Below are positions 23,947 to 28,719 of a stretch of DNA of 28,719 nucleotides, piece by piece. The notes under the pieces are model-generated. The model ran no database searches, was not told the origin of the DNA, and saw nothing but the letters and a program-made list of their open reading frames with translations. Position 1 is the first letter of the stretch, and each line of letters opens with the position of its first letter. This stretch comes from a virus, in the IMG/VR virus record IMGVR_UViG_3300045988_150762, positions 1 to 28,719 of that record, one strand, 5' to 3'. The position numbers were made by a program, and so were the translations under genes.

Positions 23947-24330
23947 ATGAAAACGGAAATTGTATTTTTTGAATTAAACCGACATAAGAGAGCAATTCGC
24001 CAGTACGCAGAAGTTATAGCCGCCCTTGCTCCACGCTCATCACACGCATACGTGATGGCAATTGACAAAAACAACGAACCTTTATGGGTGGTACAAGCTG
24101 GTGACCAACATGCGGCGATGGCAATCAGCTGGAAAGGCGTTCGCATGGTTGTGGCCCAATCGCTCGACAAAGAACACGTGTATATACGGGTATATCTTGC
24201 CTCACAAAAACAAATGGCCGAATACATGCGCGAATGCGTGAAAGCAAGAAGAAACGGAGCTGAATTCATCATTGCAGAGAATAACACGCAGAATAACACA
24301 CAATATCACGTATCAGACGGAAAAATATAG
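23947..24330 (+). CDS. Hypothetical first early protein (127 aa)
   Basis: First ORF of the rightward early operon. No HTH recognised. Confidence 0.55.
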   Translation: MKTEIVFFELNRHKRAIRQYAEVIAALAPRSSHAYVMAIDKNNEPLWVVQAGDQHAAMAISWKGVRMVVAQSLDKEHVYIRVYLASQKQMAEYMRECVKARRNGAEFIIAENNTQNNTQYHVSDGKI

Positions 24331-24353
24331 AAACAGACATAAACAACAAAACA

Positions 24354-24485
24354 ATGAAAAACAAAGTCTATTCATTTTACAGCTTGAAAAATAGAACGTT
24401 CATTCAAGTAATCGCAAAAAACAAAAAGCACGTGAAATTATATGCAAAAAAACACTTAATGAAAATCTACAATTATATGAAATAA
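24354..24485 (+). CDS. Possible 43-aa basic small ORF
   Basis: ATG 24354 to TAA 24483-85 (MKNKVYSFYSLKNRTFIQVIAKNKKH...), filling an otherwise empty gap. Confidence 0.3.
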   Translation: MKNKVYSFYSLKNRTFIQVIAKNKKHVKLYAKKHLMKIYNYMK

Positions 24486-24580
24486 CTATACTGCGCACTG
24501 CTAACAGTCAACAACAGAGCATCGAAAAGACCTATCCAGAAATATTCTAATGTAATATAAAAACAGACAAAGGCAAAACA

Positions 24581-24910
24581 ATGACAGCTATAAAACTGAC
24601 ACAAGCAGATATTGACGCTATAGCCAACGCCGTTGCAAAGAGGGTGTTTAGCGCAAAATTGGCGGAGGAAAAAGAATTCCTCACCCCCGCCGAGGCTGCC
24701 CAATTTTTGCAGAGGCCGTTAAGCGCTATCTACAAAATGACGAGTGCAAAGATTTTGCCGTACTATAAGGCGGGAGGGTTACGTTTCAGGCGGACAGAGT
24801 TAGAGAACTGGGCACGTAGTCGTAGAGTAATGACCAATAAAGAGTTAGACAGGCAGACGGACACGGAAGCGGCTTTGTATTGTATGAACAAGAAAAATAA
24901 AAGGGTTTAG
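24581..24910 (+). CDS. Excisionase-family / MerR-like HTH DNA-binding protein (Xis/AlpA-like)
   Basis: FLTPAEAAQFLQRPLSAIYKMTSAKILPYYKAGGLRFRRTELENW fits the HTH_17 pattern. Confidence 0.75.
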   Translation: MTAIKLTQADIDAIANAVAKRVFSAKLAEEKEFLTPAEAAQFLQRPLSAIYKMTSAKILPYYKAGGLRFRRTELENWARSRRVMTNKELDRQTDTEAALYCMNKKNKRV

Positions 24911-24917
24911 GACCCTG

Positions 24918-24962
24918 GGCGGCGCGTCTGCACCGAATAGTCATTCGTGCCGCCTTTTTTTT
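24918..24962 (+). terminator. Terminator-like hairpin, repeat unit 1
   Basis: GGCGGCG...(CGAAT agtc ATTCG)...TGCCGCC followed by 8 T. Confidence 0.5.
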
Positions 24963-25024
24963 AGAAAACATTAAAGTCTAACAAATAAAAAAAAGAAGAA
25001 AAATATCGAAGGTTTAGGACCCTG

Positions 25025-25068
25025 GGCGGCGCGTCTGCACCGAATAGTCATTCGTGCCGCCATTTTTT
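25025..25068 (+). terminator. Terminator-like hairpin, repeat unit 2
   Basis: Same hairpin as unit 1, followed by A plus 6 T. Confidence 0.5.
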
Positions 25069-25130
25069 AGAAAACATTAAAGTCTAACAAATAAAAAAAA
25101 GAAGAAAAATATCGAAGGTTTAGGACCCTG

Positions 25131-25174
25131 GGCGGCGCGTCTGCACCGAATAGTCATTCGTGCCGCCATTTTTT
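25131..25174 (+). terminator. Terminator-like hairpin, repeat unit 3
   Basis: Same hairpin as unit 1, followed by A plus 6 T. Confidence 0.5.
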
Positions 25175-25289
25175 AGAAAACATTAAAGTTTAACAAATAA
25201 AAATTACAAGAAAAATGATTAAAAAAGCAGACGCATTTGTATGTATTAATACAGTTATAATAATGCAATTTGCCTGTCTGTATGCAATT

Positions 25290-25321
25290 TGAACAAGAAA
25301 CAAAAAAGTAAACACTATGAA
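25290..25321 (+). repeat. Direct repeat copy 1 flanking the hexapeptide-repeat gene
   Basis: TGAACAAGAAACAAAAAAGTAAACACTATGAA, matching 26006-26041 apart from a 5-nt indel. Confidence 0.85.
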
Positions 25322-26024
25322 AAAGTATAAACTAACAGATGAAACAATGCTATTTCGTGGCAGAACTCTGCATCGTATTGTTGCACTCCGTGATTTTAAC
25401 GACGTTAAAAAAGGTGACAAGGGCGGTTGGATAGAAAAAGAGGAAAATCTATCGCAGGAGGGTGAATGTTGGGTCTTTGACAATGCGCAAGTCTATGACA
25501 ATGCGCAAATCTTTGGCAATGCGCGGGTCTTTTACAGCGCAAAAGTCTTTGACAATGCGCAAGTCTATGGCAGCGCGCAAGTCTATGACAATGCGCAAAT
25601 CTTTGGCAATGCGCGGGTCTTTTACAGCGCAAAAGTCTTTGACAATGCGCAAGTCTATGGCAGCGCGCAAGTCTATGACAATGCGCAAATCTTTGGCAAT
25701 GCGCGGGTCTTTTACAGCGCAAAAGTCTTTGACAATGCGCAAATCTTTGGCAATGCGCGGGTCTTTGGCAATGCAATAGCCGGTGGTGATGCAGAAATAT
25801 CTAATAAAGCAGACTACATCGTTTTCAAAAATTGGTGGTCATCTGGAAGGTACTTTACGTGGACTCGAAGCAACAATATGTGGTCAGTTGGTTGCTTTTA
25901 TGGCACTGGAGATGAGCTAATAAAAAAGGCTTATGAAGACAGCGAGGACAAAGGTAAACATTACGAGGAGATTGTGGAGTATGTTAATAAGTGTGTTCTG
26001 AAAAATGAACAAGAAACAAAGTAA
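25317..26024 (+). CDS. Hexapeptide-repeat (left-handed beta-helix-like) protein with conserved N- and C-terminal domains, function unknown
   Basis: ~19 consecutive hexads (VFDNAQ, VYDNAQ, IFGNAR, VFYSAK, VYGSAQ...). The N-terminus is LHRIVALRDFNDVKKGDKGGWIEKEENLSQEG and the C-terminus is WSVGCFYGTGDELIKKAYE. Confidence 0.8.
   Translation: MKKYKLTDETMLFRGRTLHRIVALRDFNDVKKGDKGGWIEKEENLSQEGECWVFDNAQVYDNAQIFGNARVFYSAKVFDNAQVYGSAQVYDNAQIFGNARVFYSAKVFDNAQVYGSAQVYDNAQIFGNARVFYSAKVFDNAQIFGNARVFGNAIAGGDAEISNKADYIVFKNWWSSGRYFTWTRSNNMWSVGCFYGTGDELIKKAYEDSEDKGKHYEEIVEYVNKCVLKNEQETK
25473..25775 (+). repeat. Perfect 90-bp tandem repeats (about 2.8 copies) on an 18-bp sub-period, inside the CDS
   Basis: GTCTATGACAATGCGCAAATC recurs at 25491, 25581 and 25671, with the intervening sequence identical. 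Confidence 0.95.
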
Positions 26025-26041
26025 AAAGTAAACACTATGAA
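26006..26041 (+). repeat. Direct repeat copy 2 flanking the hexapeptide-repeat gene
   Basis: TGAACAAGAAACAAAGTAAAAAGTAAACACTATGAA. It covers the end of the upstream CDS and the start codon of the next gene. Confidence 0.85.
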
Positions 26042-26258
26042 GAATTTTGCAACTACGAGACAGGAGAACGAAACATTTATTAAGTTGAGCGTATTGTTAA
26101 TACCCTCTTTTGTGTTGGTGTGTGCTGACAGTATAACAGCATGGGTAGCGGCTATTATTTGGGGCGCTGCGGCCTACAAAATAGCCAGAAAGTGGAACAG
26201 CAAGGCCGCCAGACGTTTGGCGCGTCTGCGTAGCGTTAGACGGTTGTTAGAAGATTAG
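26037..26258 (+). CDS. Small membrane protein (73 aa) with Arg-rich tail
   Basis: Hydrophobic LSVLLIPSFVLVCADSITAWVAAIIWGAAAY followed by KWNSKAARRLARLRSVRRLL. Confidence 0.6.
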   Translation: MKNFATTRQENETFIKLSVLLIPSFVLVCADSITAWVAAIIWGAAAYKIARKWNSKAARRLARLRSVRRLLED

Positions 26259-26323
26259 AACATTTTGTTTGTTGTTAATATATTATTTTAAGATTGTTAA
26301 GCTGGTGTCGTGATGACACCTGA

Positions 26324-26421
26324 TGCGGCGAGCATTCGCAGTGGCGAACGGGCTACATTCATTAAGGTTAAATTTTTTCATCGTTAAACTTTTTTTTGGG
26401 GTTCGAGTCCCCACGTCGCAC
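26324..26421 (+). ncRNA. tRNA-like element (acceptor stem plus T-arm, no canonical anticodon arm)
   Basis: The 7-bp acceptor pairing is TGCGGCG (26324-30) / CGTCGCA (26414-20). The T-arm is TGGGG-TTCGAGT-CCCCA (26397-26413). A D-like hairpin TTCG-CAGTGG-CGAA is present. The middle ~45 nt is A/T-rich with a GTTAAAyTTTTTT direct repeat. Confidence 0.45.
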
Positions 26422-26435
26422 TAAAGGTTAAAGAC

Positions 26436-27296
26436 ATGGCAGAATATAAGCAGCTGAATATCTTCGGAGAGCTTGAAGATATTGACATGGAGAAAAAAGG
26501 CAAGAGGGCAAAGACCTTTGAGGATTACGAGGGCTTTGTTAAGAAGTTCGAGGTGAAAAAGACCACGGACGATTGCTATACCCCGCCAACGCTTTACGAA
26601 ATAGTAAAAGATTGGACGGTGAAGCGGTTCGGGCAGAATGGGGCAAAAATAATTCGCCCCTTTAAGCCTGGGGGCGAATTCATAAACGAGGACTACAGCG
26701 GGGACTGTGTTGTAATTGACAATCCGCCTTTCTCCATACTTAAAAAAATATGTGATTTTTATAACGCACGCGGTATTAGGTTCTTTTTGTTCTGTCCTGG
26801 GTTGACATCTATATACAAGGGTTGTACTTATGTGGCGGTTAATGCTAAAATTACTTACGAGAACGGGGCAAATGTAAACACGTGCTTTGTAACTAATCTT
26901 GCAGGCGACCTCATTGCCATGACGGCGCCAGATTTGAGCAAGTCTTTGAATGTCGAAAACAAACGCTTGATGAAGCAGGGCAAGAAAGATGTTTCTAAAC
27001 TTGCATTTCCGCCTCAAGTGCTGCGTGCTTTTGATTTGCAGAGGCTTGCAAAGTGTGGGGTACATTATGAGGTGAGAGCATCGGAGGGGGCTGTACGTTC
27101 TAAGGTATGCGATTATGACGCTTTTGGGAGCTCTGTTCTGTTGAGCGATGAGGCTACAGTAAAACGTATTAAGGCGGAGGAAGATGCAACACGGGCGGAA
27201 TTCGAGGAGATACGCGCAGAAAAAACGATGTTGCAGCTATCGCAGACAGATATGAATATTATTAACTCATTAAATAAAAATACGAAACATGATTGA
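26436..27296 (+). CDS. Putative N6-adenine DNA methyltransferase (phage Dam-like, orphan)
   Basis: VVIDNPPFS (motif IV D/N-PP-F/Y) preceded by TTDDCYTPPTLYE. No restriction partner is present in the genome. Confidence 0.55.
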   Translation: MAEYKQLNIFGELEDIDMEKKGKRAKTFEDYEGFVKKFEVKKTTDDCYTPPTLYEIVKDWTVKRFGQNGAKIIRPFKPGGEFINEDYSGDCVVIDNPPFSILKKICDFYNARGIRFFLFCPGLTSIYKGCTYVAVNAKITYENGANVNTCFVTNLAGDLIAMTAPDLSKSLNVENKRLMKQGKKDVSKLAFPPQVLRAFDLQRLAKCGVHYEVRASEGAVRSKVCDYDAFGSSVLLSDEATVKRIKAEEDATRAEFEEIRAEKTMLQLSQTDMNIINSLNKNTKHD

Positions 27297-27534
27297 AACT
27301 GCAAAAACAAGACTTGAGACAAGGATGCTAAAAGAAGTACGGGGCAAACTTGAAGATGCAAAGAAACTGTTATCTATCTTGTACGATAACGCATGTGAGG
27401 TTGGCGATGTCTTAAACGAAAATAAGACTCTACCCCAAGAAGCAAAAGACAAACAAATGGCGCTTGTAGATTTATATACGACGGCAAGAGAAGCTGTAGA
27501 AGAGGCCGTCGGCTATGTAGATGATATACTCTAA
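27289..27534 (+). CDS. Hypothetical protein (81 aa)
   Basis: ORF overlapping the upstream stop. Helical, acidic. Confidence 0.5.
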   Translation: MIETAKTRLETRMLKEVRGKLEDAKKLLSILYDNACEVGDVLNENKTLPQEAKDKQMALVDLYTTAREAVEEAVGYVDDIL

Positions 27535-27551
27535 TTGTAAAAAATTAAGGC

Positions 27552-27776
27552 ATGACGGCAAAGGAAAGAAAAAAACTTATAGCGGAGCGTAACGAAAAAA
27601 TTATAAAACGATACGCAGAGCTAAAAAAGCAGGGGGCGGGCATTACAGAGGCGTGCAACAGTATAAAAGCCCTTTATGGCTTGGGCAGTGCTGACGCCGT
27701 GCGGGTGATACTTGTTAAGGCGGGCGCCCATACACCACGCAAATATGTAACAATTGAAAAGCAGATAACTTTATAA
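27552..27776 (+). CDS. Hypothetical protein (74 aa), possible small HTH
   Basis: ORF; the GAGITEACNSIKALYGLGSADAVRVIL segment looks helix-turn-helix-like. Confidence 0.45.
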   Translation: MTAKERKKLIAERNEKIIKRYAELKKQGAGITEACNSIKALYGLGSADAVRVILVKAGAHTPRKYVTIEKQITL

Positions 27777-27788
27777 CAATCTAACAAA

Positions 27789-28013
27789 ATGAAGAATATT
27801 TTTAAAAAGATTGCAGAGGCCTGTAGGCACGCACAGCAAAAGGAACTACAAACGAAAGCTATAGACCGCATTAGAATAGAGTTCTGGGAGGGCGAAATGG
27901 TTTTAGCCATTGATGGCATAATAGTTCGCGGCATACGCGCATCAGACGTTAATGGCTGGGTCAAGGCGTTGGAGGACACAAGACGGCTATACATCGAAAC
28001 GCGCACGAAATGA
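27789..28013 (+). CDS. Hypothetical protein (74 aa)
   Basis: ORF with ATGA overlap to the next gene. Confidence 0.5.
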   Translation: MKNIFKKIAEACRHAQQKELQTKAIDRIRIEFWEGEMVLAIDGIIVRGIRASDVNGWVKALEDTRRLYIETRTK

Positions 28014-28372
28014 AGCAGGAAGAGCACAACATTCAAGTGGCTTGCGTTCGTTGGTTTAGAATACAATACTCTGCCCTCTCTGCACTTCTGTTTGCCGTGC
28101 CAAACGGTGGCAGACGTGACAGGGTGACGGGGGCAAAGCTCAAAGCCGAGGGCGCATTGGCGGGAGTGGCGGACATGCTTCTTCTTTGTCCGTCCTCACG
28201 CTACCACGGTTTGTGCATAGAATTTAAAACGCAGACAGGCAGACAAAGCGAGGCGCAGAAAACTTTTCAGCGCAAAGTAGAGGGTGCGGGGTATGCCTAT
28301 TGTGTAGTGCGTTCTATAGGTGATTTTATAAATGTCGTTGCGGCTTATTTCCGTGGGGAGGCTATCGGCTGA
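28010..28372 (+). CDS. VRR-NUC domain nuclease
   Basis: EEHNIQVACVRW, VPNGG.R, GVADMLL, IEFKT..G..S..Q pattern (PD-(D/E)xK core). Confidence 0.85.
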   Translation: MKQEEHNIQVACVRWFRIQYSALSALLFAVPNGGRRDRVTGAKLKAEGALAGVADMLLLCPSSRYHGLCIEFKTQTGRQSEAQKTFQRKVEGAGYAYCVVRSIGDFINVVAAYFRGEAIG

Positions 28373-28383
28373 AAGGAGGGCGC

Positions 28384-28719
28384 ATGGTAAGAGATAAATT
28401 CACGTTCTATGCCGACTGGGTAGAGGCGTTGCGCATTCTACCGCCAGAGGATTTCAAGGCCGCTTTTATGGCAATGGCAGAGCTGGCATTATATGATAAA
28501 GCGCCGCAAGATACGTTACAAGGTTTTTCCGCTGTGGTGTACTCTATGGCCGAGCGTCAGCTTGTCAGCAACGCAAAGCGGTATGACGGAGCACAAAAGG
28601 GAGGTGTGTCTAAAGCGCTAAGGCAATGCCACCATGGCAATGGCACAGAAAAAAGTTCTGCCTATGCCACAGAAAAAAGTTCTGCCTATGCCACAGAAAA
28701 AAGTTCTGCCTATGCCACA
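28384..28719 (+). CDS. N-terminal part of junction-spanning replication-associated protein (continues at 2..577)
   Basis: AGGAGG lies 4 nt upstream of ATG 28384. MVRDKFTFYADWVEALRILPPEDFKAAFMAMAELALYD resembles an N-terminal domain I recall from Bacteroidota phage/plasmid replication-module proteins. There is no stop before the window end. Confidence 0.7.
   Translation, partial: MVRDKFTFYADWVEALRILPPEDFKAAFMAMAELALYDKAPQDTLQGFSAVVYSMAERQLVSNAKRYDGAQKGGVSKALRQCHHGNGTEKSSAYATEKSSAYATEKSSAYAT
28642..28719 (+). repeat. 24-bp tandem repeat, 3 units plus 6 nt, coding (G/A)TEKSSAY
   Basis: GGCACAGAAAAAAGTTCTGCCTAT followed by 2 x GCCACAGAAAAAAGTTCTGCCTAT and GCCACA. The last two units are also seen at 2-55. 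Confidence 0.95.

Larger units (their letters stand above)
24904..25216 (+). repeat. Three tandem near-identical 107/106-bp units (the third diverges at its 3' end)
   Basis: Units start at 24904, 25011 and 25117 with GGTTTAGGACCCTGGGCGGCGCGTCTGCACCGAATAGTCATTCGTGCCGCC, a T-run and an A-rich tail. There are only 2-3 differences between units. Confidence 0.95.
1..28719. mobile_element. Complete circular temperate phage genome (siphovirus-like, HK97-type head module), excised or circularised form
   Basis: nt 1-55 are identical to nt 28665-28719 and one ORF reads through the junction. Packaging, head, tail, lysis, integration, immunity and early modules are all present, almost entirely on the + strand. 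Confidence 0.85.

Noticed and set aside
24904-25216. Possible CRISPR array (regularly spaced structured repeats)
   Set aside because: The sequences between the hairpins are themselves identical in every unit, so there are no unique spacers. The period (~107 bp) and unit structure (hairpin plus T-run) do not fit CRISPR, and no cas genes are present.
25405-25779. ORFs on both strands and in other frames through the 90-bp repeat tract (25405..25776 -, 25449..25742 -, 25462..25779 +)
   Set aside because: These are open only because a stop-free repeat unit is iterated, and their products are low-complexity H/C/R or M/R/K strings. The frame of 25317..26024 has recognisable flanking domains and a proper start context.
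26324-26421. Canonical tRNA, suppressor tRNA or tmRNA
   Set aside because: No 5-bp anticodon stem can be drawn, the D-arm is offset by two extra nucleotides, and the central ~45 nt is an A/T-rich direct repeat. At 98 nt it is far too short for tmRNA and has no tag ORF. All phage genes read cleanly in the standard code, so nothing calls for a suppressor. I kept it only as a 'tRNA-like element'.
26421-27065. 214-aa - strand ORF
   Set aside because: It is antisense to the DNPPF methyltransferase-like gene and would run into the tRNA-like element.
1-28719. Stop-codon reassignment (as in some gut phages)
   Set aside because: Every recognisable gene (terL, portal, capsid, tape measure, integrase and others) is intact and of normal length under the standard code, and gene boundaries are tight.

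Overview
The window is a complete, circularly closed temperate phage genome. The first 55 nt equal the last 55 nt, giving a unique length of 28,664 bp. It is siphovirus-like with an HK97-type head module. The host is most likely a Bacteroidota member, based on TTTG-19nt-TAnnTTTG promoters, A|Q signal-peptide contexts and a Bacteroidetes-style tyrosine integrase.

Gene order on the + strand:
- a junction-spanning replication-associated gene, small early genes, HNH endonuclease, small and large terminase
- an inserted cassette of 3-4 small secreted proteins
- portal, prohead protease, major capsid, and a head-tail connector fused to a repeat/fibre-like domain
- a GT2 glycosyltransferase inside the neck module
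- head-closure protein, gp10-like protein, tail tube, terminator-like protein, G/GT chaperone with an A_AAA_AAG -1 slip site, and tape measure
- one 752-aa tail-tip protein, a small membrane protein and a second tail-tube paralogue
- holin, amidase endolysin, a u-spanin candidate, an RHH protein, an att-like repeat region and the integrase

On the - strand are an XRE repressor and a co-transcribed 139-aa gene. These are followed by an apparently face-to-face promoter switch and the + strand early genes: an Xis-like HTH protein, a hexapeptide-repeat protein, a membrane peptide, a tRNA-like element, a DNPPF methyltransferase-like protein and a VRR-NUC nuclease.

The most unusual parts are:
- the repeat-dense accessory stretch 24904-26435 (three ~107-bp tandem units each carrying a terminator-like hairpin, a beta-helix gene with perfect 90-bp repeats flanked by direct repeats, and a non-canonical tRNA-like element)
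- the GT2 gene embedded in the neck operon next to the connector-fibre fusion
- the secreted-protein cassette between terL and portal
- the second tail-tube paralogue

I saw no CRISPR array, rRNA, transposase, reverse transcriptase or canonical tRNA. All family names come from motif recognition by eye; no searches or folding programs were run.
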